Positions 47,701 to 60,334 of a stretch of 64,000 nucleotides of DNA are shown here, piece after piece. Location of the stretch: NCBI GenBank assembly GCA_964016885.1, contig OZ024744.1, positions 53,692,001 to 53,756,000 on the forward strand, in the 5' to 3' direction. The DNA is from Eledone cirrhosa (lineage: Eukaryota). Below the pieces are notes generated by a model, which saw only the letters and a list, made by a program, of their open reading frames with translations, was not told the DNA's origin and made no database searches. The translations under genes were made by a program, and so were the position numbers. Positions within the stretch are counted from its first letter, which is position 1. Every line of letters begins with the position of its first letter.

Positions 47701-48672
47701 TCTTACGTATTTATATATATATAAGTATCAATGTCAAATTTCCCCTCAGTTTGTGTGTATGAGTAAGGTGTTTAATATAAAACGCACAAAAATGGAATAC
47801 CCAAAAAGCAGTGTTTATACATAACATAAGGTAAAGCAAAACATCAATAGAAAGGTATTGCAATTTTAACGTTAGTACTGTACCCATAATTTCAATGTCT
47901 ATTGTGTATTCTTTTCATAAAATTAAATAAATGTATTTGAAAGTGTGCGTCCCAAAGCTAATGATTATAATGACAATTCATTACTATAAATAATAGTTAA
48001 GACAATCGGGTGCAATATCACTGGAGATAGAAAAGAAAAAGGCCAGAGGCACTATAATTATGGCCATTTGCGTTAGGACGTACACATTTCAAATTTTCCT
48101 GATGCTTCCTATATCAACTTATTTGTTTAAAACGAATATAATGTTAACGTATAAAAGAGAATTAGACAAATTGATAAACTATATGTATCAAATCAGCCTA
48201 TCAAAGCTGTTAGAAGAGAGAAATATTACATTAGAAATTAACAATTGTTGTTTGAAGACAAAATTATTAGTAAGAAAAAAGGAGAATAATTGAAAGATTA
48301 AAAAAATAGTTGAAAGAAATATGGTAGATTTGATGAATCACCTTAGATTTCAATGACGAGTATTCCGGTTGTATATCCAACGGAAAAGTCTGCTCATGAA
48401 ATTAACGTGTAAATGATTGAGGATTCCACAAGTATGTGGACTCTTAACGTAATATTCGGTTGAGGGCAGGGTGTTTCAGTGCGTGACAAGGCTGGCCCTT
48501 TACATTACAAGTAATGTGCTAACTGTATAATTATATAATCATATGAGGATTTCTACAACTCACTGACAAATATATGAGTGAGTTCCTTCTTATTCCGAAG
48601 TTTTGCCGATACAACGGTTTTTCAAAAATTGTAAGGAGGAGCAAATCGAAACAGTTGTGGAATAATAATAAT

Positions 48673-48848
48673 AATTGTTTCTACTTTAGGCACAAGGCCA
48701 CCAATTATTCCAGTGTATTACTGGTACTTTATTTTATCGACCCAGTAACACCTCGGTGGGATTTGAATTCAGACCACAAAGGGCCGTAACCCATTTGCTG
48801 CAAAGCATGGCGTCCGACTCACTACCCATACTGCAAATCCACCACCCT
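48673..48848 (-). mobile_element. tRNA-derived SINE (same family as 44807-44992)
   Basis: The reverse complement gives GGTGGTGGATTTGCAGTATGGGTAG...CTGAATTCAAATCCCACCGAGG...GGTCGATAAAATAAAGTACCAGT...CCTTGTGCCTAAAGTAGAAACAATTA. It has an (AAT)n tail. Confidence 0.85.
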
Positions 48849-48874
48849 AATAACAATAATAATAATAAGGGTAA

Positions 48875-50270
48875 ACATACAGACACACATAGACCAGGTC
48901 CGATCTTAGAGGAGTTGAACTCCCACTGGCATCGCCTCCATCTCTCTCGCCCTCCCCATCACATACACGTAGACCAAGTCCGAGTACAGGGGAGCCGAAC
49001 TCACACTGTCATCGTCTCTATCTGTTTCGCCCTCCCCATCTCTCACTATTATGAGCAAATAGGGTCCCACGTGCTGGCCGCCCCACGGCATGGAGAAGGC
49101 GTTCCCCCAGAGGATGGTAAGGGAGATGCGCTGGAAGAGCCATTCCATCTCGCCAGGCTAACACCTGCGGCTAGCCAGCTCAGCGCCTATGGTGGTAAGT
49201 AGGGAGGTAGCCCTTGGGCAAGGACACCAGAAGTCTCAACTGCCCTGAGTGCAGCAGAACCTGGGTTAGTCGCAGACTGCACCAGATTGCCGTTGGGAAT
49301 ATGTCGCTGCATGTGACATCCCAGACAAGATGGTCATGCAGTCTGGCCTTTTGCCGTCCCCGCAGTCCAGTCCCACCGGCTCGAGCTGGGAGGGGAAACC
49401 TGCACCATCCAAGCCATGCTTTATGACCTCGTTGAGAACAGCATGGCGTGTAGTGACAGGAAAGCGGGCGGAGGCCAAAAGAGTCTACGGTGGATCCGCA
49501 GTGACATTTGTGTGGCTCGCAGATTCGGAGGCCGAGCCTCAAGGGATCCCCGATGCGCAAGCTATCATTATCCAGTTGCGTGTCAGTAGAAAAAGGGGGG
49601 TAATGCGTGGAGCCAGGCACCACTGTGGGGTTGCAAAGCCACGCGAAAACATGGGAAGTGGTGCTGGTCTAGTCGGCACGGTAGCCTGTCCTAGGCCAGG
49701 TTGCACTGGATGGCATCACAAATATTATGGGGGGACTTGACGTCGACAGGAGGAGAAGGAGAAGGATGTCTACTTAGCTAAGTCCAAGCCGGTTCCACGT
49801 ATCGCAGGTGGCCTCACGTTCCACGATCACATTCACCACCTCCGACACGGACGAGTTTACCTCTAAGCCGATTCTTGCCAAAGCAGGAACCACCGATTAT
49901 AGGTCGTGGCAGGCAGTCTCCACGCACCTGCCCCACGTCACATCATTCAGGTAACAAACGTGAAGAGGGACCGTGATACTCCGAGTAATGTGGTCTATAG
50001 CAAGAGCAAAGAGGAGGGGTCGAAAGGGTCACCCTCTTGGATCTCAGTGGCTGAAAGTATGAACGTATCAGTAGCAAGAACCTTGCTCGGAGCCCCATAT
50101 GACAGGTGGTCCAGCGGTTAGGCAGAGTGGGCTCGCTGAAGGAGGCCTTGAGCAGAGAGTCACAGCGTAGGCAGTTAAAGGCATTCCTCATTTCAATCTT
50201 GACAGTGCAGTGCCTAGACTCCCTGAGGAGAGTTATTGAAGTACTCTCTGGCTGCATGAGAGGCCCCCTC
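48875..50270 (-). mobile_element. CRE-like LINE, 3' portion
   Basis: VKIEMRNAFN, TQLDNDSLRI...ICEPHKCHCG, HAVLNEVIK, GDGKRPDCMT and VWDVTCSD. The 3' UTR resembles 9296-9600. Confidence 0.85.
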
Positions 50271-50525
50271 ATATATATATGGAGTCAACTTTGCCTTTCA
50301 TCCTTTCGAGGTCAATACAGAAAAGTACCAGTCTAGTAGTAATGTCGATTCTTCCTGTATATATGACTCTCATTTCCTCTTTCTCACTTTCTATCTTTCT
50401 CTGGAAGAAACCTGCCGTACTCAGGACTCAGGGAGAGGGATGTCTCCGCCACGCTTATAACTGACCAAGAAACGCCATATGTCAATACGGCGCCCCTACG
50501 ACTCTATCAGGAGTTAGGGGCCATA

Positions 50526-50564
<39 letters not shown>

Positions 50565-50771
50565 TAAAAGGGATATTCAATTTGTTGGTAATTCAACAAA
50601 TATAAATGTTTATAACTGATTCAAAGCACTCGACTGGTTTTCTGGAGTATAATATTCAATGATATTAAATAAATGGAAACTATATTTATAAAACCAAATT
50701 TATTCTATTATATATATTTCAAGGAAAGTTCTTCTTTTCTGGTTATGTCAATATTTATAAAATAAACTTTG

Positions 50772-50832
50772 TATTTTATCTGATGAGGGCGTACCAAAGT
50801 TTTGGTATCTTTGAAATATATATAATAGAATA
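50772..50832 (+). ncRNA. Minimal type-I hammerhead ribozyme (family B)
   Basis: TATTTTAT-CTGATGA-[GGGCGTACCAAA gt TTTGGTATCTTT]-GAAA-TATATA-TA-ATAGAATA. Confidence 0.8.
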
Positions 50833-51547
50833 ACTATGGTTTTATAAATATAGTTTCCATTTATTTAATATCATTGAATATATATATAAATAAATACAAT
50901 ATCGGAGAAAGCTTTTTAGCGATACTCCGGCCAAATTCCAACTTACTCAACAAACATTAGGAAATAAATGATTATATTCCCAATTATGCGTTTGGGGTGC
51001 TAACTAAAAGTATTGCGTGGAAAATTGGCTGTATTATTTCATATGAGACATATCTAATATATCTCTTCCCAGACGGACGTCTCGTTTTATTATAGGATTC
51101 CTACAATTTGGGTGAAATTATACCAATTTATGTAGGAGCTTGTATGCCATTAATAGATATATATTCAAGTGGGCTCCTATAATTCATCAGTGGGTGCCCC
51201 AATAATACTAATGTTGATAATCTAACCAACATCAGCATTTAGCGATAATCACTTTCTGTGCCTGAGGTATCTGTCAGATTGCCAGTCCAGCAGTTCTAAA
51301 GAAGTGCTCGAACTGATTAAAAAAATGAGGAAGCGAATTACCGCCAAAAAAAACAATACATCCGCGTGACAATGAACTCTGAAAGGAATTCAGGCCACGT
51401 GCTAAGAACTCAATTGGAAATTGAAAAAATATCTATGTGTGTACAAGATTTGATGACACACACAGATATTTTCTCGGGCAAAATATGTATATATATATAT
51501 ATATACAATATATTAATAATTGGAAACTATATTTATAAAACCATAAT

Positions 51548-51613
51548 TATTTTATTATATATATTTCAAGGGCGACCAAGGTAAATTATGGTGCGCTTTC
51601 ATCAGATAAAATA
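51548..51613 (-). ncRNA. Minimal type-I hammerhead ribozyme (family B variant) in the left arm
   Basis: TATTTTAT-CTGATGA-[AAGCGCACCA taatttacct TGGTCGCCCTT]-GAAA-TATATA-TA-ATAAAATA, in the same sense as the PLE ORF. Confidence 0.75.
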
Positions 51614-54600
51614 CAGATTTGTTTTATAAATAAGTATTGGCAAACCCGGAAAAAAGACAACCTCAAGTGTTGAAATTCACTGGATAGTGGAGATAATTGA
51701 GGGTGATACAAATTTGTGAGTGCGTATGCAAATGAGTGTCGGAAAAATTGAAAAAAAACAAAGGTTTATTTGAATTAAACTGTTGGAAGAAAATAGATGT
51801 AAAAGGGAGAGAGACAAGATATATGTAAAAAGGAGAGAGACAACAAATTGAGAGGGAGAGCGATAAAGAGAATAGATAAAGAGAATAGAAAGAGAAAGAG
51901 AGAGATAGAAGAAAAAAGAGAAAAGATATAATATTGATAGAGAGTGTGAAGGAAAGAAAAAGTAATTGAGATGGAGAGAGAAAGGAAAAAGTATTGTGAG
52001 GGAGAGAGAAAAGAATGTTGAAAAAATATTGGAAAAAGAGGGAGAAAGAGTAGTGAGAGGGAGGGAGAAGAAAGAGAAAGAGAAAGGGAGGCGAAGTGAG
52101 TGAAGAAATAAATTTATATAGATGAGTAGTCAAATGTAAATATATTATTCGTCGTTATGTTGTGTTTATATTACTTATAAAGATAAAGTTAAAAAGATAA
52201 AGTTAAAAAATTAAATTAAATTACTGATGAGAAAACTTTATAAAAGAGTATTTTTATAATTTAGTTAAAAATTTAACCAGAAATTTACTTAAAATTTAAT
52301 TAGAATTTACTTAAAATTTAAATAATTACAATATATTACAAAAAGAAGTATTTAAAATTTATTAAGATGTATAGGTTTAGATGGGTATTTTATGTTATAT
52401 TTTATAAATTATTTGAATGTATAATATTTTGCATTGGAAAAAAAAACAAGTATAGTTTAATTGATTAAAGTAAGTTTGGCAAAATTATATTTAGCCAGAG
52501 TTTATTAATAGTTGTAAGTCAAATCTTAAATATTAAATATTTATGAAAATTTACGAGAGTTTAGAAAGGAAAAATTATTTAATTAGGAGTATATATTAAA
52601 ACAGTTTACAGTTTCGACTATACATTAAGACTATAAAGATTGAGATAATAAAAACAATAAGGAAGTTTAAAGGAAGTTAAAAAGGGATTTTTTTAAATCC
52701 TAAATGATTCAAGGCTAGATAAAAATCACTACGAAAGTTATAAGAAGTTATAAAAATTCATCTTAAAATATAATTAAGATATGATTAAAATATAAGATAT
52801 AATTATTGCACATATGTATAAAAATAATATAAATGATGGGATATATATGAAAATACATAGGTATTAAAAATAGTTGGATATATAAGAAAATACTATTAAA
52901 TAGTATTAAGCGTGTTTAGAATATGTAGGGGTAATGGAAATTCATATATTTCAAAAGAGCATTTCAGAAATTTATTCATAAATTTTATAAAAATTTCCAT
53001 GAGGTGTTTCGAAGGAAAGTTTTAGAATTTTTCAAAATATTTTCATAAAAGAATTTCTGGAGAGTGCAATAATATAAGTATTAGAAAGTAAAGGTTTTAA
53101 GGAGTAAATTAAAATTAAAATTAATAAGTGTACTTTATATATTTAGGAAGGTTAGAATATATATAATCTGAGGGAAGAGATTATAGGTGTTTGGATGGAG
53201 AAAAACGTTATGTAAGGAAGAATGAACATATATTACATTTTATATATATATCTAAAAGTTGAGTTTAACCGATGTTTACAAGAACTAAATAAATTATTCT
53301 GCAAATTAACAGAGTTCTTAGATTTTAGTATAAAGAATATTTCCTCTATACAAAGGCTACAAAAATTGGATAAAGCTGTGTAGCATGGTGCTTCGGAGAC
53401 AATTTTCCAAGATAAAGAGTAGTTTATAATCTTGGATTTTAAATTCTATAATAAGTTGGATAAAGAAGTTGAAGATTTCTTGGTAATATTCGTAAAGGAA
53501 CATTTATGGTTATTGAAACGAGATTTGAAGTCTGTCGAAGTAGAGCCGACATAGTTGAAGGAATTATATTTGGTTTTGATATTACAATTGTATACTATAT
53601 TTTTAACTAAACAGTTATTATTTAGAGGACAGTTAGATTTGTTTCTACAATTACATTTATCGGAATTTATATTATTGGGAATTTATATATATTGGTGGAT
53701 ATTGCTAGAGGTATTAATGCTATTCTGGTTAAGTTTTAAGTTTCTATTATTAATTCTATTAATATTATGCGCTAAATTCATAGTGGTAGAGTATGATAAT
53801 TTAATAGTATGTCTATTAAAGATTGAGTAATACCTGTGCGTCTTAGGAAAACAATTATCTAAAGCTTTAAAAAATAGTTTAGCTATACTTAATGAGAAAG
53901 GGGGAGCGAAACATAATATATTTCTAGTTCTATTTCTTCTTTTGATTTTCGAGTTATTGCAAGGTTTCTTATTATAATTATAGTTATAGTTATGGTTAAT
54001 TGGCACATCCTTATTATCAATATATTTAATTTCATTTTTATAGCCTGCTCTACTTAAAGCTTCATTATAATATTGTGCCTTAACTTCAAATATATTTTTA
54101 GTCGCTAACATTCTTTTGAAAGATATGAATTTCCATTACCCCTACATATTCTAAACACGCTTAATACTATTTAATAGTATTTTCTTAAATATCCAACTAT
54201 TTTTAATACTTATGTATTTTCATATATATCCAATCATTTATATTTTAATCATATCTTATATATATATATTTTAATCATATCTTAAATATATTTTAAGATG
54301 AATTTTTATAACTTCTTATAACTTTCGTAGTGATTTTTATCTATCCTAGAATCATTTGGCATTTAAAAAAATCCCTTTTTAACTTCCTTTAAACTTCCTT
54401 ACTGTTTTTATTATCTCAATCTTTATAGTCTTAATTTATAGTCTAAACTGTAAACTGTTTTAATATATACTCCTAATTAAATAATTTTTCCTTTCTAAAC
54501 TCTCGTAAATCTTCATAAATATTTAATGTATAAGATTTGACTTACAACTATTAATAATCTCTGGCTAAATATAATTTTACCAAACTTACTTTAATCAATT

Positions 54601-55458
54601 AAACTATACATGTTTTTTTTCCAATGCAAAATATTATACATTCAAATAATTTATAACATATAACATAAAAACCCATCTAAACCTATATAGTATTAATACA
54701 TCTTAATAAATTTTAAATACTTCTTTTTGTAATATATCTTATTGTAATTATTTAAATTTTAATTAAATTCTAATTAAATTTTAATTAAATTTCTGGTTAA
54801 ATTTTTAACTAAATAATAACAATACTCTTTTGTAAAGTTTTCTCATCAGTAATTTAATTTAATTTTTTAACTTTATCTTTTTAACTTTATCTTTATAAGT
54901 AATATAAACACAACATAACGACGAATAATATATTTACATTTGACTACTCATCTATATAAATTTATTTCTTCACTCACTTCGCCTCCCTTTCTCTTTCTCT
55001 TTCTTCTCCCTCCCTCACACTATTCTTTCTCATTCTTTTTCCAATATTTTTTCAACATTCTTTTCTCTCTCCCTCACAATACTTTTTTCTTTCTCTCTCC
55101 ATCTCAATTATTTTTTCTTTCCTTCACACTCTCTCTCAATATTATATCTTTTCTCTTTTTTCTTCTATCTCTCTCTTTCTCTTTCTATTCTCTTTATCTA
55201 TTCTCTTTATCGCTCTCCCTCTCAATTTGTTGTCTATCTCCTTTTTACATATATCTTGTCTCTCTCACTTTTACATCTATTTTCTTCCAACACTTTAATT
55301 TAAATAAACCTTTGTTTTTTTCAATTTTTCCGACATTCATTTTCATACTCACTTACAACTTTGTATCACACTCAATTGTCTCCACTATCCAGCGAATTTC
55401 AACCGTTGAGGTTGTCTTCTTTCAGGGTATGTCAATATTTATTTATAAAACAAATCTG

Positions 55459-55524
55459 TATTTTATCTGATGAAAGCGCACCATATTTTACCTGGGTCGC
55501 CCTTGAAATATATATAATAAAATA
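55459..55524 (+). ncRNA. Minimal type-I hammerhead ribozyme (mirror copy in the right arm)
   Basis: TATTTTAT-CTGATGA-AAGCGCACC...GGTCGCCCTT-GAAA-TATATA-TA-ATAAAATA. Confidence 0.75.
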
Positions 55525-55562
55525 AATATGGTTTTATAAATATAGTTTCCAATTATTAATAT

Positions 55563-55614
<52 letters not shown>

Positions 55615-55791
55615 ACTTATATTTAAGTAACAGCCGTACTAAGAATGGGAAATTAAATTTCGTTTCATTTTTTCCGTTTATCGTTTTCGGTGCACTCGGC
55701 CGATTAACCCACTCGATATGCAAATTGGGCTACTCAGCCGTTAATATGCATAAGATAAGTATATACGTTCAACAATCTGGCAGGAAGGTAT

Positions 55792-55834
55792 ACGTTGCTG
55801 ACGATAGCTAATAAGCTTGAAACAAGTACAGCGT
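55792..55834 (+). ncRNA. Minimal type-I hammerhead ribozyme (family C) inside a terminally redundant ~426-nt unit
   Basis: ACGTTG-CTGACGA-T[AGC taataa GCT]T-GAAA-CAAG-TA-CAGCGT. Stem I ACGTTG/CAGCGT pairs fully with one G-U. Confidence 0.65.
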
Positions 55835-56176
55835 CCCTTTGTCAGTGTTGAACAAACGAGCAACGATGGTTGCTAGACACTGTACGGCTTAATACGGGAT
55901 GTTTGTTTACAAACACACCGAGCATTATAATAAATGTTCGGTGAATCCATACGTACATATATATATATATGTGTGTATGTATATATACGTATATACATAC
56001 TACTGTACGTCTGTATACATATATGTATGTACGTGTACATACTTATATTTAAGTAACAGCCGTACTAAGAGTGGGAAATGAAATTTCGTTTCATTTTTTC
56101 CGTTTATATATATATATATATAAATATATATTCAATGATATTAAATAAATGGAAACTATATTTATAAAACCATATT

Positions 56177-56237
56177 TATTCTATTATATATAATTCAAAG
56201 ATACCAAAACTTTGGTACGCCCTCATCAGATAAAATA
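56177..56237 (-). ncRNA. Family-B hammerhead copy with a GAAA->GAAT core mutation
   Basis: Mirror of 50772-50832 with one substitution in the core. Confidence 0.6.
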
Positions 56238-56477
56238 CAAAGTTTGTTTTATAAATATTGACATAACCAGGAAAGAAGAACTTTACGGTTCAAGTTTTTC
56301 CTGGATAGTTTTGGTACCCTTGAAATATATATAATAGAATAAATTTGGTTTTATAAATATAGTTTCCATTTATTTAATATCATTGAATATTATACTCCAG
56401 AAAACCAGTCGAGTGCTTTGAATCAGTTATAAACATTTATATTTGTTGAATTACCAACAAATTGAATATCCCTTTTT

Positions 56478-56570
<93 letters not shown>

Positions 56571-56869
56571 TATGGCCCCTAACTCCTGATAGAGTCGTAG
56601 GGGCGCCGTATTGACATATGGCGTTTCTTGGTCAGTTATAAGCGTGGCGGAGACATCCCTCTCCCTGAGTCCTGAGTACGGCAGGTTTCTTCCAGAGAAA
56701 GATAGAAAGTGAGAAAGAGGAAATGAGAAGAATCGACATTACTACTAGACTGGTACTTTTCTGTATTGACCTCGAAAGGATGAAAGGCAAAGTTGACCCC
56801 ATATATATATATTGCATTCCAACTCGTTAGCAAGTCGACTTAACGGTTTGCCTTGTTTTCACTCTTCAT

Positions 56870-57862
56870 TCACTCCGGAAGATTCCGCTCAAGATCCCGA
56901 GAGCAGCCAGGTAGTCGGTAGCCTATGCTCTCGCATCCTCTGTCGAGAGAGCCCTGGACTCTAATCGAGCCAGCGACTAGGAGCGCCTTTTCTATTTCGC
57001 CACACTCCTCCGTGGCCTCCCCCAACTCTGTCGCTGACCGAGGCGGCTTGCCGACAGCAACTTTTGTCAAAGCCAACGTCTTTTCCTTTGGGCAAGCGCC
57101 TATCCCAAGTGTACCCAAGGACACCATACTCTCTGTCCTCAGGTGCCCTTAATACTCCACCCCTGAAGACAGCACAAAGCGTTTTATGCGACCGGGTAAG
57201 TGGGAAACTAATCGAGGGTGATGTCTCGGCTGCAGTCAGAGTGGTTACCTCTGAGGACACTGTCCTCCAACCCACCGAGAAGGTCGTAGCTTCCCTATGG
57301 TTCAGTAACTCTGAGAAGCCCACTGACATAATCTATACCCTCTCCTAATCCTCACCAGCTCTTTGCGGCTTCCGACGCAGACATCATGTCAGCCATCAAG
57401 TCCTTCCTATCCAGCAGCAGAGGAGAAACTGATGGCTTCCGACCGGGCCACCTCAAGGAGTTATGATCTCTCCTCGCTACTGAGGCCGGACGCCGCCTTT
57501 TGTGCGCAATTGTGGCACTCACTAATAGGTTTATCCATGGCGCCCTGGACCCTCACGCCCGAGGCCTCTTTTGTTCGGCCAGCCTGACCACTCTCAAGAA
57601 AAAAAGAGGGTGGCATATTTCCCATCGTTGTCGACAATGTCTTCAAGAGGCTGGCTGCTAAGGTGGTTTGCAGGTCAATCACACCTGAACTGGGCGAAGA
57701 GTTCAGCTCCGTGCAACTGGGTGTCGCCGTGTCCGGAGGCTGTGAGGGGGCCTCTCATGCAGCCGGAGAGTTCTTCAATAACTCTCCTCAGGGACTCTAG
57801 GCACTGCACTGTCAAGCTTTAAATGAGGAATACCTTTAACTGCCTAGGCTGTGACTCTCTGC
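56870..57862 (+). mobile_element. CRE-like LINE, 5'/central portion, truncated by the Helitron array
   Basis: KLIEGDVSAAVRVVTSED, DGFRPGHLKE, KKKEGGIFPIVVDNVFKRL and VQLGVAVSGGCEGASHA. The last ~118 bp are the reverse complement of 50152-50270. Confidence 0.8.
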
Positions 57863-58925
57863 CATTCTGCTAGTCTATATATATAAAACAGAGGATGTCT
57901 GTGTGTCTGTTTCCCTAAAACTCGAGAAGTACCCAACCGGTTTTTTTCAAACTTCATACATTAACTCGTATGACCCCGAAAGTGTTTTGAGCAAAAAAAA
58001 TCTCAAATGTTCAATGCCCTAGGGACCGCATTAGGCGATTTAGCGATCTCTTTCTCTTTCTCTTAGTCTTTCTCTTTTTAGATAGATACATAGATATGAC
58101 GTCGCGCCTTCATAATATCTGTCTGTATGCCTGACTGTCTGCATTACGTCATTATGACGCGATCAGTGTGTGTGTGTATATATATTCTGATGCCAGGGAA
58201 CGTCTTCACGAACCAAAGTATCGTCTTCCTGTTTTCCAGATTGATTTTTTTAGTTTAAGAAGATCCCGTTAAGGTTGAAAGCAGCGATTCTTTGCTTAAA
58301 CATTAATATGTTATTTTAATATAGATATTCGTGTACAGATATTTTCGCATACACAAAAACAAAATATAAACAAACAAGGCCAAAGAGTACACCAATTAGT
58401 CTTAGTGTATGTACTTCATACTGCTTTTAGGTAGAATATCCCGTTAAGGTTGAAAGCAGTGATTCTTTGCTTAAACTTTAGTCTGTTATTTTAATATATA
58501 TATATATATATAATTATATATTTATGGACAGATATTTTTGCATACACAATAACAAAATATAAACAAACGTATTTATTTCACGAGGTTCGATAAGGATAAA
58601 TATATATCAAATATATAAGAATCCTATAGCAAATCCCGAGTAACGCCGGGCCATTCTGCTAGTATATATATATATAACAAAGAATGTCTGTCTGTCTGAC
58701 TCCCTAAAACTCGAGAACCACCCAACCGATTTTTTCAAACTTTACACATGTAATACTTATCGTCGTGAGTGTTTTGAGCAAAAAAATATTTCAAATTTTC
58801 TATGCCCTAGGGACCGCATTAGATACCTATAACGTCGCGCCCTTATAATATCTGTATGTATGTCTGGCTGTTTGCAGTACGACATTATGATACTATCTGT
58901 GTGTGTGTGTGTATATGTATATATA

Positions 58926-58973
<48 letters not shown>

Positions 58974-60316
58974 TGTAACGTTTTTCAAAATATTTACTTC
59001 TCCGTCCACAGATTGATTTTTTTAGTTTCAGAAAATCCCGTCAAGGTTGAAAGCAGCGATTCTTCGCTTAAACTTTAATCTGTTATTTTAATTTATACAT
59101 ATATATATAATTATATATTCGTGTACAGATATTTTTGCATACACAATAACAAAATATAAACAAACATATTTATTTCACGAGGCTCGACAAGGATAAATAT
59201 ATATCATATATATCAGAACCCTAGAGCAAATAGTGTTCTCATTGCTGACGAGGCAGAAGGGATATACATGATTCGCTGAAGAAGGACGAGACTGTGTTAG
59301 TAATACGACCAATAGCTGCTATCACACCAACAGCAGCAAAAACAACAACAAAAAAGCGAGGGAACACAATTACATGCTTTTGAAAAATCTTAATGGAAAA
59401 TTATTTGCCTATTCATCCAAGGCGACTTCACTTTTTATTAGAACTTCTGCATCAATTGGTGAACATACGACGAAACTGTTACAGAAAGGAGGGATAAACA
59501 TGCCAATCTATGTTTAGAATCCCGAACAACGCCGGGCCATTCTTCTACTATATATATGAAGTTGTAGTCTCTGTCTGTTTGTTTGTCTGGTTGTCTGTTT
59601 GTCTGTTTGTTTGTTTATAAACTCCTCCTATGGTTTTTGAGATTGATCCCATAGCCATATATATTCTGAAACTACATTGCCCAGGGTACTTGGATAAGTA
59701 TATTTCATTTTAATCAAAGGGTTACCCGGGGGCACAAACCCCTGCTGAAAACCTCCGCTGAAAATATTTTCCCATCGATTTATATGAAATTTAAACCAGA
59801 TAAATGACAAGATATGATGCCTATTCATAAAATTTCAGAAAATTTCAATAATATTAAGACACCCTAATGGGAGTTAAACCCCCTGTAGTGAAAATTTTGG
59901 CCAATAAATGGAACAAGATGTGTCGTAACAAGAATATATATAAAGTCGTAGTTCCTGTCTGTTTGTTTATTTGTTCACGAACAGATCCTATGGTTTTGGA
60001 GATAGACCCCCATAACCGTATATATTCTAAAACTACATTGCCCAGAGTAATTGGATAAGTGTATTTCAATTTAATCAAAGGGTTCCCTGGGGGCACAAAA
60101 CCTCGCTGAACATTTCCCCTACGATTTATATAAAATGTAAAGCATAGGTAAATGAAAAGATATGATGCCTATTCAAAAAATTTCAGCAAATTTCAATAAT
60201 ATTAAGACACGCTAATGGAGTTTTTCTCCATAAATTATATCACTGGTTTAAAATCAATCATCATTTTCTTACAAAAAAATGTGTGAAACGCAGCAAGGCC
60301 CGGGTAATTCGGCTAG
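57861..60316 (+). mobile_element. Head-to-tail array of four non-autonomous Helitrons (two families)
   Basis: Units ~57874-58662 and 58663-59548 (family 1), and 59549-59933 and 59934-60316 (family 2). 5' ends read T(C)TATATATATAA...(CTGT/GTTT)n. 3' hairpins are CCCGAGTAACGCCGGG+CTAG (58635-58662), CCCGAACAACGCCGGG (59521-59536) and ...GGCCCGGGTAATTCGGCTAG (to 60316). Confidence 0.85.
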
Positions 60317-60334
60317 TATATATATATACAGTAG

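Larger units (their letters stand above)
51490..55570 (-). mobile_element. Penelope-like element, 5'-truncated, with ~1.45-kb inverted terminal arms (pseudo-LTRs)
   Basis: ~51490-52945 is the reverse complement of ~54125-55570. The centre 53235-54117 (-) encodes the PLE RT-thumb/GIY-YIG region (YYNEALSRAGY, RNILCFAPPFS, IFNRHTIKLSYSTT, CNCRNKSNCPLNNNC, YVGSTSTDFKSRFNNH, CSLCIEE, SSCKH). Flanked by (TA)n. Confidence 0.88.

Noticed and set aside
53560-53660. Selenocysteine (in-frame TGA) at PLE Cys positions, as reported for some Naiads
   Set aside because: The linker cysteines here and in 60279-61406 are ordinary TGT/TGC codons.
51663-55470. Twin hydrophobic ORFs MTTHLYKF... (51663-52133 and 54940-55470)
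   Set aside because: They are translations of a CT-rich low-complexity tract, duplicated only because of the inverted repeat.
60279-60334. ATG start of the 375-aa ORF as a real Helitron-PLE fusion gene
   Set aside because: The first ~19 codons are the Helitron 3' terminus and a TA run, in frame by chance. The PLE is 5'-truncated and lacks the RT catalytic core.
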